Numbered from the stretch's first letter, positions 18,566 through 28,838 are shown. The stretch: DNA of 64,000 bases from Alphaproteobacteria bacterium (GCA_965261735.1 OZ253470.1:1376001-1440000), one strand, 5' to 3'. Translations and numbers: made by a program. The notes: generated by a model from the sequence alone, not told the origin.

Positions 18566-19330
18566 ATGGCAGTCAGCGTCGAGAACAACGGTCCCGTCAC
18601 CACCGTCATCATCGACCGACCCGAGATCAGAAACGCGGTTGGCCGTGCCGACGCCGATGCCCTCGCCCAGGCCTTCCGCGCCTTCGACCGGGACGAATCG
18701 GCGAGCGTCGCGGTACTGACGGGCGCCGCTGGCACCTTCTGCTCCGGCGCCGACCTCAAGGCCATCGCCGGCGGCGGCACGGTCAACCGCATCGCTGCAG
18801 ACGGCGATGGCCCGATGGGCCCCTCGCGCATGCGGCTGAGCAAGCCGGTCATCGCCGCCATCGCCGGCTACGCGGTAGCCGGCGGGCTCGAGCTCGCGCT
18901 GTGGTGCGATCTGCGTATCGCCGAGAAGAGCGCGGTCCTTGGCGTCTTCAACCGGCGCTACGGCATTCCGCTCGTCGACGGCGGCACGGTTCGCCTGCCG
19001 CGGCTCATCGGCATGAGCCGCGCCCTCGATCTCATCCTTACCGGCCGCGCCGTGGGCGCCGAGGAGGCGGCGTCCTTCGGCCTCGTCAACCGGGTGGTCG
19101 CCGACGGCACGGTACGCATCGAGGCCGAGGCCCTGGCGGCCGAGCTCAGCGCGCTGCCGCAGGTCTGCCTGAGGTCGGACCGCGCGGCGGCCTACGAGCA
19201 AGGGGGGCTGCCGCTCGACGCTGCGCTCGCCGCCGAGTTTCGTCACGGCGTTGGGACTCTCGATTACGGTTGGGTCGAGGGAGCCAAGGCCTTCGTGGCC
19301 GGCGGCGACAAGGCCGACGCGAACGACTGA
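18566..19330 (+). CDS. enoyl-CoA hydratase/isomerase (crotonase) family protein
   Basis: FCSGADL, GYAVAGGLELALWCD, GIPLVDGGTVRL. Confidence 0.9.
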   Translation: MAVSVENNGPVTTVIIDRPEIRNAVGRADADALAQAFRAFDRDESASVAVLTGAAGTFCSGADLKAIAGGGTVNRIAADGDGPMGPSRMRLSKPVIAAIAGYAVAGGLELALWCDLRIAEKSAVLGVFNRRYGIPLVDGGTVRLPRLIGMSRALDLILTGRAVGAEEAASFGLVNRVVADGTVRIEAEALAAELSALPQVCLRSDRAAAYEQGGLPLDAALAAEFRHGVGTLDYGWVEGAKAFVAGGDKADAND

Positions 19331-19397
19331 GCGCGTGCCTCGGCGCGGCGGCGGATGCTATACCGCCGCAGGGGCGAACGGCTCGGGGCGAGGCGGC

Positions 19398-20051
19398 ATG
19401 GCGTTCGAGGGGCGGGGGCTGGCATGCGTGCGTGGCGAGCGCACCGTCTTCGACCACGTCGATTTCCTCCTCGACAACGGCGCGGCCTTGGTGCTCAGGG
19501 GCCCCAACGGCAGCGGCAAGTCGAGCCTGCTGCGTCTCGCCGCCGGGCTGTTGCCGACGGCCGCGGGCGCGCTCCTGTGGGACGGCGCGCCCATCGCCGG
19601 GGCGCCCGAAGCCCACCGGGCGCGGCTCACCTATGTCGGCCACCTCGACGCCGTGAAGCCCGCGTTTACGGTGGTCGAGAACCTGTCCTTCTGGGCCGCC
19701 ATGTCGTTGCACGCGAGCGCCACCGATGAGGCCCTCGCCGACGCACTCTCGCGCTTCGCGCTTCAAGGGCTCGCCGACATCCCGGCGCGGCTCCTCTCGG
19801 CGGGCGAGCGCCGCCGCGTCGCCCTCGCCCGGCTCGCCCTGTCCGACGCGCCGCTGTGGCTGCTCGACGAGCCCACCGCCGCGCTCGATGCCGCCGGCAG
19901 CGCCGCGCTCAACGCGCTGATGGTGCACCACCTCGCCCGCCGCGGCCTGATCATCGTCGCGACCCACGTCGATCTCGGCCTCGCCGAGGCCACTACCCTC
20001 GACCTCGGAGCCGGAGCCGGGGCCGGCCGGGCCGGGGGGAGCGCGCCATGA
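19398..20051 (+). CDS. ccmA: heme ABC exporter ATP-binding subunit
   Basis: GPNGSGKS, LSAGERRR, WLLDEP; first gene of the ccm operon. Confidence 0.93.
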   Translation: MAFEGRGLACVRGERTVFDHVDFLLDNGAALVLRGPNGSGKSSLLRLAAGLLPTAAGALLWDGAPIAGAPEAHRARLTYVGHLDAVKPAFTVVENLSFWAAMSLHASATDEALADALSRFALQGLADIPARLLSAGERRRVALARLALSDAPLWLLDEPTAALDAAGSAALNALMVHHLARRGLIIVATHVDLGLAEATTLDLGAGAGAGRAGGSAP

Positions 20052-20713
20052 GGCTCTTCCTCCTCATCGTGCGGCGCGACGTTGCGCTCGCGGTCCGCCA
20101 GGGCGGCGCCAGCCCGCTCGCGATCGCCTTCTTCATCCTCATCGTGACTCTGTTTCCGCTCGGCGTCGGACCCGAGAGCGCGACGCTCGCGCGCGTGGCC
20201 GCCGGGCTCGTCTGGGTGGCGGCGCTGCTGGCGACCATGCTGTCGCTCGACCGGCTGTTCCAGGCCGACCTCGAGGACGGGACCCTCGATCTGCTGGTGC
20301 TGGCGCCGCTACCGCTCGGCGCGACCGTGATCGCCAAATGCACGGCCCACTGGCTCGCGACCGGGGTCCCGCTCATCGTCGCCGCCCCCATTCTCGCGCT
20401 GTTTCTCAACATGGACGCCGCCGGGCTCGGCACCATGGCGCTGGCGATGCTGCTGGGGACGCCGACCCTGAGCCTGATCGGCGGCATCGGTGCGGCGTTG
20501 ACGGCGGGCCTGCGCCGGGGCGGGGTGTTGTTGCCGCTGCTCGTGCTGCCGCTCACCATTCCGGTGCTCATCTTTGGCGTGGGTGCCGTCGATGCGGCCA
20601 TTTTGGGCCTCACGCCGCGCCCCCATTTGTTGATCCTCGCGGCCGAGCTCCTCGGCGCCATCGTGTTGGCGCCGTGGGCGAGCGCCGCCGCCCTTAGGCT
20701 CAACTACGAATGA
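20048..20713 (+). CDS. ccmB: heme exporter permease
   Basis: FPLGVGP, LDRLFQADLEDGTLD, LVLPLTIPVLIFG. Confidence 0.94.
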   Translation: MRLFLLIVRRDVALAVRQGGASPLAIAFFILIVTLFPLGVGPESATLARVAAGLVWVAALLATMLSLDRLFQADLEDGTLDLLVLAPLPLGATVIAKCTAHWLATGVPLIVAAPILALFLNMDAAGLGTMALAMLLGTPTLSLIGGIGAALTAGLRRGGVLLPLLVLPLTIPVLIFGVGAVDAAILGLTPRPHLLILAAELLGAIVLAPWASAAALRLNYE

Positions 20714-20769
20714 GGGCCGATCACGGCGCGTCACAATCGCGCGACGGGGGGCAGCCGCGGCGCCGCGAG

Positions 20770-20799
20770 TTGCGCCGGCCGCGCCTGAGGCGCTATATC
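20770..20799 (+). promoter_or_regulatory. putative sigma70 promoter for ccmC (likely leaderless mRNA)
   Basis: TTGCGC-N18-TATATC (GCTATATC) ending 7 nt before the ccmC ATG; no Shine-Dalgarno sequence. Confidence 0.4.
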
Positions 20800-20806
20800 A
20801 ACGGCC

Positions 20807-21520
20807 ATGCAGCGTTTCGCCAACCCCGCGCGTTTCATGCGCCTGAGTGCCCGGCTACTTCCGTGGACCGGCGGCCTCGCCGCGGGGCTGATCGGGGTCG
20901 GCCTCTACATGGCGCTGTTCGAGGCCCCGGCCGACTACCAGCAGGGCCAGTCCGTGCGCATCATGTTCGTGCATGTGCCCTCGGCCTGGATGGCGCTGAT
21001 GATCTACACGGTCATGGCGAGCGCCAGTGCCGTCGGCTTGATCTGGAAGCATCCGCTCGCCGATCTCGTCGCCAAGGCCTGCGCGCCGATCGGCGCCTCG
21101 TTCACCTTCGTCGCGCTGGTGACCGGCGCGCTGTGGGGGCAACCGATGTGGGGCACCTGGTGGGTGTGGGACGCGCGGCTCACCTCGGTGCTCATCCTGC
21201 TGTTCCTCTACATCGGCTACATGGCGCTGTGGCACGCCTTCGACGAGCCCACCCGGGCGGCCAAGGCAGCGGCGATTCTGGCTCTAGTCGGCTTCGTCAA
21301 CGTGCCGATCATCAAGTTCTCGGTCGACTGGTGGAACACGCTCCACCAGCCGGCGAGCGTGGCCAAGCTGGGCGGGCCCTCGATCCATGTCTCGCTCCTG
21401 ATCCCGCTGTTGGTCATGGGCGCCGGTTTCACCGCCTACTTCGTCACCGTGCTGCTGCTGCGCGTGCGGCGCGAGATCACGGCGCGCAAGATCCGCGCCC
21501 TGCGTTACAGTCTCGCGTAA
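20807..21520 (+). CDS. ccmC: heme exporter/heme chaperone-loading subunit
   Basis: HVP, WWD motif WGQPMWGTWWVWDARLT, WWNTLHQ. Confidence 0.96.
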   Translation: MQRFANPARFMRLSARLLPWTGGLAAGLIGVGLYMALFEAPADYQQGQSVRIMFVHVPSAWMALMIYTVMASASAVGLIWKHPLADLVAKACAPIGASFTFVALVTGALWGQPMWGTWWVWDARLTSVLILLFLYIGYMALWHAFDEPTRAAKAAAILALVGFVNVPIIKFSVDWWNTLHQPASVAKLGGPSIHVSLLIPLLVMGAGFTAYFVTVLLLRVRREITARKIRALRYSLA

Positions 21521-21628
21521 GCGAAAGGCGCGGCGCGCCGGCGTCATGACCCTGGGTTGCACGGGGAGGGCCAAGGCCACATCTTTATGTGCACTTCCCG
21601 CCGCGCGTGAATGAATGGACGCTCGAAC

Positions 21629-21841
21629 ATGGAGGCGCTCGCCGAGTTCCTGTCGATGGGAGGCTATGCGGTGTTCGTATGGCCGGCGTTTGCCGTCGCC
21701 GCCGTGGTGATGGTGGCGCTCTTTATCGAGAGCCGGCGCACCCTGCGCGCCGACGAGCGCACGTTCGAGGCGCTGCAAGGTGAGCGCCGCCAGGACCGCC
21801 GGCGCGGTGCGCCCGAGGCCGAGGCCGCCGATGACGCGTAA
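21629..21841 (+). CDS. ccmD: heme exporter protein D
   Basis: MGGYAVFVWPAF, single TM plus charged tail; lies between ccmC and ccmE. Confidence 0.88.
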   Translation: MEALAEFLSMGGYAVFVWPAFAVAAVVMVALFIESRRTLRADERTFEALQGERRQDRRRGAPEAEAADDA

Positions 21842-22283
21842 GCAGCAGCGCCTCCTGGTCGTGGCCGGAGGCATGGCGCTGCTCGGCGTAGCGGCCGCGC
21901 TGGTGCTGAGCGCGTTCCAGGACAATCTCGTGTTCTTCTACAGCCCGAGCGAGGTCGTCGCGCGCGACGTTGCGCCCGCCCGACCCTTCCGCCTCGGTGG
22001 CCTGGTCGAGGAGGCGAGCGTCGTACAAGCCGGCGTCACCACGACCTTCCGCGTAACCGACCGGGCCCACGCCGTCGCCGTCACCTTTACCGGCCTGCTC
22101 CCCGACCTGTTCCGTGAGGGCCAGGGGGTCGTCGCCGAGGGACGCATCAACGGTGCCGGCGTCTTCGAGGCGAGCCGCGTCCTCGCCAAGCACGACGAGA
22201 CCTACATGCCGCCGGAGGTCGCCGAGGCCCTGAAAAAGGCGGGCCAATGGCGGCCCGAGGGCGCCGCCGGACAGTCGCCATGA
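21831..22283 (+). CDS. ccmE: heme chaperone
   Basis: LPDLFREGQG, LAKHDETYMP. Confidence 0.95.
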   Translation: MTRKQQRLLVVAGGMALLGVAAALVLSAFQDNLVFFYSPSEVVARDVAPARPFRLGGLVEEASVVQAGVTTTFRVTDRAHAVAVTFTGLLPDLFREGQGVVAEGRINGAGVFEASRVLAKHDETYMPPEVAEALKKAGQWRPEGAAGQSP

Positions 22284-24277
22284 TCGCGGAAATCGGTCAC
22301 TTCGCACTGGTGCTCGCGCTCCTGCTGGCGCTCGCCCAGGGCACCGTCCCGCTCATCGGCGCGGGCCGCGGCGATGCCAACTGGATGGCGATCTCGGGGC
22401 CGACTGCGTTGGCCCAGCTGTTGTTCGTGGGCATCGCCTTCGCGGCGCTGACACACGCCTACATCGTCTCCGACTTCTCCCTCGTCAACGTCGCCGACAA
22501 CTCCCATACCGCCAAGCCACTGCTCTACAAGATCACCGGCGTCTGGGGCAATCACGAGGGCTCGATGCTGCTATGGGTCTTCATTCTCGCCCTGTTCGGC
22601 GCCGCGGTCGCCGCCTTCGGCGCGAATCTACCACCCGACCTGCGCGCCCGCGTCATCGCGATTCAGGGGCTGATCGGCGTCGGCTTCCTTTTGTTCATCC
22701 TCTTTACCTCGAACCCCTTCGCGCGCGCCGTCCCGGCCCCGGCCGAGGGCAGCGGGCTCAACCCGCTGCTGCAAGATCCCGGTCTCGCCTTCCACCCGCC
22801 CTTCCTCTATCTCGGCTATGTCGGCTTTTCGATGGCCTTTGCGTTTGCCATCGCCGCCCTCATCGAGGGCCGGGTCGATCCGGCGTGGGCGCGCTGGGTG
22901 CGGCCGTGGACGCTGGCCGCGTGGTGCTTCCTCACGATCGGCATCGCGCTCGGTAGCTGGTGGGCCTACTACGAGCTCGGCTGGGGCGGCTGGTGGTTCT
23001 GGGACCCGGTCGAGAACGCCTCGTTCATGCCGTGGCTGTTGGGGACCGCGCTCCTGCACTCGGCGGTCGTGGTCGAGAAGCGCGGCGGCCTGAAGAGCTG
23101 GACCGTGCTGCTCGCGATCCTGACCTTCAGCCTGAGCCTGCTCGGGACCTTCATCGTGCGCTCGGGCGTGCTGACCTCGGTCCATGCCTTCGCCGTCGAT
23201 CCGACGCGCGGCGTTTTCATTCTCGCGTTCCTGATCCTGGTCGTCGGCGGCTCGCTCGCGCTCTACGCCGTTCGCGCGCCGGCGCTAAGGTCGTCCGGCC
23301 TGTTCGCGCCCATCAGCCGCGAGGGCGGGCTCGTGCTCAACAACCTTCTGCTCGCCACGGCCGCCGCCACGGTCCTTCTCGGCACTATGTATCCGCTGTT
23401 CCTCGATGCCTTGACCGGTGACAAGGTTTCGGTTGGCCCGCCCTACTTCAACGCGACCTTCGGTCCGCTGATGGTGCCGGTGGTGGCGGCGATGGCGGTC
23501 GGGCCGATGCTCGCCTGGCGCCGCAGCGACCTCGCGGGCGTCCTTGGGCGGCTCAAGTTCGCTGCCGTCGCCGCCGTGATCGCGGCGCTCCTCGCCTGGT
23601 ACGCCGCCAGCCGCGGCCCGTTGATCGCCGTCGTCGGCCTCGGCTTCGCCGCCTGGCTCGCCGTCGCCTCGCTCGTCTACGTCGCCGAGCGCATCAAACT
23701 CTTTCGGGCGCCGCTCAAGGACAGCTGGCGGCGCGCTCGACACCTGCCGCGCGCCGCCTATGGCGTCGCCGTGGCGCACGCCGGGATGGCGGTCGTGATC
23801 GTCGGCATCATCGCGTCGACCACGTGGGAGTCGGAGAAGCTTCAGATCATGCGGCCGGGCGAAACCGTGGGACTGGCCGGCTACGACGTAACGTTCGACG
23901 GCGTCCGCCCCGTGGCCGGCCCCAACTACCGAGCCATACGCGGCCACTTCACCATTGGCCGCGATGGACGGACGATCACGCGGATGGAGCCCGAGACGCG
24001 CGACTATCCGACCCCGCCGATGCAGACGACCGAGGCGGCGATCCGGCCCCGGCCGACCGCCGACCTCTACGTCGTGCTCGGTGATGCCGACGGCACCGGC
24101 GGCTTCGCGACCCGCCTCTACCACAAGCCGTTCGTGCACTGGATCTGGTTCGGCGCGCTGGTCATGGTGGCGGGCGGGGCGCTCTCGCTCAGCGACCGGC
24201 GCCTGCGCATCGGCGCGCCGGCGCGGGGCGCGCGCCCGGCCACCGCCGAGGCGGCCGAAGCGGCGGCCAGCGCCTGA
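22280..24277 (+). CDS. ccmF: cytochrome c heme lyase
   Basis: WGNHEGS, HPPFLYLGY, WAYYELGWGGWWFWDPVEN, SVHAF. Confidence 0.97.
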   Translation: MIAEIGHFALVLALLLALAQGTVPLIGAGRGDANWMAISGPTALAQLLFVGIAFAALTHAYIVSDFSLVNVADNSHTAKPLLYKITGVWGNHEGSMLLWVFILALFGAAVAAFGANLPPDLRARVIAIQGLIGVGFLLFILFTSNPFARAVPAPAEGSGLNPLLQDPGLAFHPPFLYLGYVGFSMAFAFAIAALIEGRVDPAWARWVRPWTLAAWCFLTIGIALGSWWAYYELGWGGWWFWDPVENASFMPWLLGTALLHSAVVVEKRGGLKSWTVLLAILTFSLSLLGTFIVRSGVLTSVHAFAVDPTRGVFILAFLILVVGGSLALYAVRAPALRSSGLFAPISREGGLVLNNLLLATAAATVLLGTMYPLFLDALTGDKVSVGPPYFNATFGPLMVPVVAAMAVGPMLAWRRSDLAGVLGRLKFAAVAAVIAALLAWYAASRGPLIAVVGLGFAAWLAVASLVYVAERIKLFRAPLKDSWRRARHLPRAAYGVAVAHAGMAVVIVGIIASTTWESEKLQIMRPGETVGLAGYDVTFDGVRPVAGPNYRAIRGHFTIGRDGRTITRMEPETRDYPTPPMQTTEAAIRPRPTADLYVVLGDADGTGGFATRLYHKPFVHWIWFGALVMVAGGALSLSDRRLRIGAPARGARPATAEAAEAAASA

Positions 24278-24279
24278 TC

Positions 24280-24813
24280 ATGCGCACCGGCACCCTCCTG
24301 CCGCTCGGCCTGTTCGCAGCCCTCGCCGTTGCGCTCGCCTTCGGCCTTACGCTCAAGCCGCGCGAGATCCCCTCGGCACTTATCGGCCAGGCGGTGCCCG
24401 AGTTCGCCCTCCCGCCGGTGCAGGACCATGAGCTCGGCCTCGCGACCGGCGATCTCAAGACTGGCGAGGTGGCGCTGGTCAACGTGTTCGCCTCGTGGTG
24501 CGTCGCCTGCCGGGTCGAGCATCCGCTGTTGATGGCGCTGCGCCGCGAGGGTGTCGTGCCGGTGCACGGCCTCGCCTACAAGGATGCTTCGGCCAACGCC
24601 ACCGCCTGGCTGGTCCGCTTCGGTGATCCCTACGAGCGCACCGGCCTCGATCTCAAGGGTCGCGTCGGCATCGACTGGGGCGTCTATGGCGTGCCCGAAA
24701 CCTTCGTCGTCGATGGCGCCGGCACCATCGTGGCCAAGCACATCGGACCCATCACCGAGCGCGACCTGGTGGAAACGATTCTTCCCGCCATCGAGCGCGC
24801 GCGCGCGCGATGA
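24280..24813 (+). CDS. ccmG: thiol:disulfide interchange protein DsbE/CcmG
   Basis: FASWCVACRVEHP, GVYGVPETF. Confidence 0.93.
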   Translation: MRTGTLLPLGLFAALAVALAFGLTLKPREIPSALIGQAVPEFALPPVQDHELGLATGDLKTGEVALVNVFASWCVACRVEHPLLMALRREGVVPVHGLAYKDASANATAWLVRFGDPYERTGLDLKGRVGIDWGVYGVPETFVVDGAGTIVAKHIGPITERDLVETILPAIERARAR

Positions 24814-25280
24814 TGACTGCGCGCACCCTGGCCGTGGCTGCCTGGCTGGCGCTCGTCGCCGGGAGTGCGGGCGCGATCGGCGTCGACACGCCGCTCCCAG
24901 ATCCGGCGCAGGAGGCGCGCGCGATCGCCATCCACAAGAACTTGCGCTGCCTCGTCTGCCAGAACCAGTCGATCCTCGACTCCAACGCCGATCTCGCCCG
25001 AGACATGCGCCGCATCGTGCGCGAACGCATCGCCGCCGGCGCCGACGATACCGCTGTCGTCGATTATCTCGTGGCCCGCTATGGCGACTGGGTGTTGCTC
25101 AAGCCGCCGCTCAAGGCAACCACCGTGGCGCTGTGGACGGGACCGTTCGTCATCTTGGCGCTCGCCATCGGCGCCGCCTTCGCCTACTTCCGCCGCACGG
25201 GTTCCGCGCCGGCGAGCGCGCCGCCTCTGTCGAGCGACGAGCAGAAACGGCTCCAGGAACTGCTCAGTCACGAGACCTGA
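24810..25280 (+). CDS. ccmH: cytochrome c biogenesis protein CcmH/CycL
   Basis: LRCLVCQNQSI, ARYGDWVLLKPP. Confidence 0.93.
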   Translation: MMTARTLAVAAWLALVAGSAGAIGVDTPLPDPAQEARAIAIHKNLRCLVCQNQSILDSNADLARDMRRIVRERIAAGADDTAVVDYLVARYGDWVLLKPPLKATTVALWTGPFVILALAIGAAFAYFRRTGSAPASAPPLSSDEQKRLQELLSHET

Positions 25281-25289
25281 GTCACTGCC

Positions 25290-26681
25290 ATGCTGTGGCT
25301 GACCCTCGGGGTGATGGCGGCGGCGGCGGCGGCGGCGCTGGCATTGCCCCTGCTGCGCACGGGGCCGCAAGCTCCCGATCGCGGCGCCTACAATCGTCAA
25401 GTCTACCGCGACCAGCTGCGCGAGCTCGACCTCGAGATCGAGCGCGGCGTCGTCAGCGCCGACGAAGCCGACGGCGCCCGCCTCGAGATCGAGCGCCGGC
25501 TGTTGCAGACGGGTGCGGATGCGGGCCCGAGCGGGCTCGGCAACCTGCACCGCCACAATGTGACGGCAGCGGTGTTCGCCCTCCTGCTGCCCGTGGCGGC
25601 CGCAGCGCTCTATGTGTGGCTCGGCTCACCCGGCATCCCTGGCGCGCCCGGCAGCGGCCAGCCCGAGCCGGTCGCGGCGGCGGGCGGCATTCCCGGCGAT
25701 CTAGCCGAACGCGTCACGGCGCTGGCGGCCCGCCTCGAACAGGATCCGCAGGATCTCCGCGGCTGGGTCCTGCTCGGGCGCTCGTACTGGGTGCTGCAGC
25801 GCTACGCCGAGGCAGCCGACGCCGTGCGCAGGGCGATCGCGATCGAACCCGAGGATGCGGACCTCCACTCGCTCCTCGGCGAAGCCCTCGTCATGGCCGC
25901 CAGCGGAGTGGTCGATACCCCCTCACGGGAGGCCTTCACTGAGGCCCTCGCCCTCGATGCGCGCCACCCCGGCGCGCTCTACTACCTCGCCCTCGCCAAG
26001 GCCCAGGGCGGCGCCGTCCAGGAGGCGCTCGACATGTGGCTCGCGCTCCACCGCGAGTCGGCCGTGGACGCGCCGTGGCGCGGCGAGCTCGAGGCACGGA
26101 TCACCGAATCGGCGACGGAGCTCGGCGTCGACGCCGAGGCGCTGCTGGCGGCGGGCGGCGCCGCGCTAACAGCCGCGGCGCAGCCCGGGCCCACGGCCGC
26201 CGACGTCGCGGCGGCCGCGCAAATGACGGCGGAGGATCGTAGCGCGATGATCCGCGGCATGGTCGCCGGCCTGGCCGCACGCCTCGAGGACGAGCCGCAG
26301 GACCTCGACGGCTGGCTCAGGCTAGCGCGCGCCTATGGCGTGCTCGGCGAGCGCGAAGGGGCGCGCGATGCGCTGGCTCGCGCGGCGGCGCTGCGGCCCG
26401 ACGATACCGGAATCCTTGTCGACTACGCGGCCGCGATCGTGGCCACGGCTACGGACGAAGGCCCGGTGCCGCCAGCCGCGGTCACGCTGCTGCGCCGGGT
26501 ACTCGCGCTCGATCCTGACAACGCCGATGCGCTCTATTACACCGGCCTCGTCGACGCCCGGGCCGGTCACCCCGAAATGGCAGCCAAAGCCTGGCGCAAG
26601 CTCTTGGCCGAGCTCGACCCAGCGAGCCCGGCCTATGCCGAGGTCAAGCGGCAGCTCGACGCGCTCGATCTCGGCCAATGA
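25290..26681 (+). CDS. ccmI: cytochrome c biogenesis protein CcmI/CycH (TPR)
   Basis: YRDQLRELD..ERG, two TM segments, TPR repeats, MIRGMVAGLAARL..GWLRLARAY. Confidence 0.9.
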   Translation: MLWLTLGVMAAAAAAALALPLLRTGPQAPDRGAYNRQVYRDQLRELDLEIERGVVSADEADGARLEIERRLLQTGADAGPSGLGNLHRHNVTAAVFALLLPVAAAALYVWLGSPGIPGAPGSGQPEPVAAAGGIPGDLAERVTALAARLEQDPQDLRGWVLLGRSYWVLQRYAEAADAVRRAIAIEPEDADLHSLLGEALVMAASGVVDTPSREAFTEALALDARHPGALYYLALAKAQGGAVQEALDMWLALHRESAVDAPWRGELEARITESATELGVDAEALLAAGGAALTAAAQPGPTAADVAAAAQMTAEDRSAMIRGMVAGLAARLEDEPQDLDGWLRLARAYGVLGEREGARDALARAAALRPDDTGILVDYAAAIVATATDEGPVPPAAVTLLRRVLALDPDNADALYYTGLVDARAGHPEMAAKAWRKLLAELDPASPAYAEVKRQLDALDLGQ

Positions 26682-26859
26682 GGCTCTGGCGCCCCTAACC
26701 GGCACCAAACTACTGGTTTAAGCACCATCCCACCCCCATATGTAGAGTCAGCGTCCAGCGTTTGTCCGCGATCGTTAACGGCTTGTTTGCCGTCTTATCC
26801 GCTGACAGGCTACAATGTGATCTCGATCACGGGCTAGGCGCCAGCAAAGGGCACGAGGC

Positions 26860-27120
26860 ATGGTTCAGATCGGTTCGTCGGTCCCGCCTCCGACCCCACC
26901 GGTCGTGGGAGCGGTGGGTGATGGGCCGGGCGCGCGCCGCGTCAGCGACCAGGAGAGCGAGAGGCCGGTTCCCGCGGTCAACGGGATCGAGCCCGACCGG
27001 CGCGAGGAGGCGCGCGCCGCTGAGGCGGCGGCGGCCGAAAGGCGAAGCGAGCGCGAGGCCGCGGACGAGGCGCGAAAGGAGCGGCACGACGTCGGCCGCG
27101 AGGTCGATATCAGCGTCTGA
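26860..27120 (+). CDS. small hypothetical protein ending GREVDISV
   Basis: GAGG RBS, 86 aa, low-complexity charged body, followed by an intrinsic terminator. Confidence 0.6.
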   Translation: MVQIGSSVPPPTPPVVGAVGDGPGARRVSDQESERPVPAVNGIEPDRREEARAAEAAAAERRSEREAADEARKERHDVGREVDISV

Positions 27121-27143
27121 GCGGCGCCGCGCGCGGCCCGAGT

Positions 27144-27166
27144 AGCGCCTGAGCGGCGCTTTTTTT
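27144..27166 (+). terminator. Rho-independent terminator
   Basis: AGCGCC-tgagc-GGCGCT hairpin followed by a T-run. Confidence 0.7.
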
Positions 27167-27433
27167 GTGCCCGGGACCCGGCTGGACGGGGCCGGGACGG
27201 CGTGCCAGAGTCGATCCATGATCGAGCGAGCGAGGCCGGCCGGCCCGGTTGCGGTGCGGGTTCCCGAGGGCGATAACCGGCCGCGTCGCGTTTGCGATGA
27301 TTGCGGCTTTATTGATTACGTCAACCCCAAGGTCGTGGTCGGAGCGGTGTGCAGCTCGGACGAGAGGATCCTGCTGTGCCGGCGCGCGATCGAGCCGCGC
27401 CCGGGCTTCTGGACCATCCCCGCCGGCTACCTA

Positions 27434-28582
27434 GTGGATTGATCGGAACGAAAGAGTCCGATTTGAGATTCCGTATTGTGCGGTGTCATGCGAGTCTGTG
27501 CTATGCGCACCGGCATCCATTTTACTGTCACGTCTGGCGACCGTCAGCGATTGCAAGCTATCGTCGCGGACCCGAAGAGCTCGCAGAAACATGTCTGGCG
27601 GGCGCGGATCATCCTGAAGAGCGACGAGGGGCTCGGGAACTCGTCGATCATGGCCGAGACCGGCAAGTCCAAGACCTGTGTCTGGCGCTGGCAGGAGCGG
27701 TTCATGCACGAGGGTGTCAACGGCTTGCTTCGCGACAGGTCCCGTCCGCCTGGCAAAGCGCCGATCCCGCCGGAGCGCGTCGCCGAGATCGTCCGCCTGA
27801 CCCAGCAAGCGCCGCCGCACGAGGCGACCCACTGGACGCTGCGCGCGATGGCGAAGGTTGCTGGCGTCGCGGCGTCGACGGTCCAAGCGATCTGGAAGGC
27901 CCATGGCCTCAGCCCGCACCGCTGGCGGCACTTCAAGCTCTCCAATGATCCCGCCTTCGCCGAGAAGCTCACAGATATCGTCGGCTTGTATGTCGATCCG
28001 CCGGCCCATGCCGTGGTGCTGTCGGTTGATGAGAAATCACAGATCCAGGCGCTCGACCGCACCCAACCCGGCTTGCCGATGAAGAAGGGCCGCGCCGGTA
28101 CGATGACCTATGATTACAAACGGCATGGCACGACGACGCTGTTCGCCGCGCTCAACGTGCTGGACGGTACGGTCATCGCACAGAACATGCAGCGCCACCG
28201 CCATCAGGAGTTCATCCGCTTCCTCAACCGCATCGAGCGCGAGGTGCCGACGGACAAGGCCGTCCACGTCATCCTCGACAACTACGCCGCGCACAAGAAG
28301 GACAAGGTCCGCGCCTGGCTCGCCCGCCATCCACGCTGGACCTTCCACTTCACGCCAACCTCGTGCTCGTGGCTCAATGCCGTCGAGGGCTTCTTCGCCA
28401 AACTAACGCGGCGCAGGCTCAAATACGGCGTCTTCCAATCCGTCGTCGACCTTCAGGACGCCATCAACCGATTTGTCCGCGAATACAATGACGCAAACCC
28501 AAAACCCTTCATCTGGAAAGCCGACCCCGATCATATCATCGCCGCACGAAACAGAGGGTTCCAAACGTTGGAATCAATCCAC
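27434..28582 (+). mobile_element. IS630-family insertion sequence (1149 bp)
   Basis: Terminal IR GTGGATTGAT/ATCAATCCAC, with TA duplicated at 27432-27433 and 28583-28584 within a CTAG target. Confidence 0.95.
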
Positions 28583-28585
28583 TAG
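27503..28585 (+). CDS. IS630-family transposase (apparently intact)
   Basis: HTH region, VDEKSQIQA, YKRHGTTTLFAAL, ILDNYAAH, SWLNAVE; the stop codon uses the duplicated TA. Confidence 0.95.
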   Translation: MRTGIHFTVTSGDRQRLQAIVADPKSSQKHVWRARIILKSDEGLGNSSIMAETGKSKTCVWRWQERFMHEGVNGLLRDRSRPPGKAPIPPERVAEIVRLTQQAPPHEATHWTLRAMAKVAGVAASTVQAIWKAHGLSPHRWRHFKLSNDPAFAEKLTDIVGLYVDPPAHAVVLSVDEKSQIQALDRTQPGLPMKKGRAGTMTYDYKRHGTTTLFAALNVLDGTVIAQNMQRHRHQEFIRFLNRIEREVPTDKAVHVILDNYAAHKKDKVRAWLARHPRWTFHFTPTSCSWLNAVEGFFAKLTRRRLKYGVFQSVVDLQDAINRFVREYNDANPKPFIWKADPDHIIAARNRGFQTLESIH

Positions 28586-28838
28586 AGACCAACGAGAGCA
28601 CGATTGAGGGCGCGCGCCGCGAGGCCTACGAAGAGGCCACCGCCGACATCGAGATCGATGCCCTGCTGGCGGTTTACAACATCGTGCGCCTGAGCCAGGT
28701 GCAGATCATCTATCGCGCGCGCCTGCGCTCGGCCGAGGTCGCGCCGGGCCTTGAGAGCCTGGAGACACGACTGTTCGACTGGCAGGCGATCCCCTGGGAT
28801 GAACTGGCGTTCCCGAGTGTGCATTGGGCGCTGCACCA

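Noticed and set aside
26730-26750. NrdR-box-like CCCCATATGTAG
   Set aside because: Single imperfect copy with no ribonucleotide reductase gene nearby.
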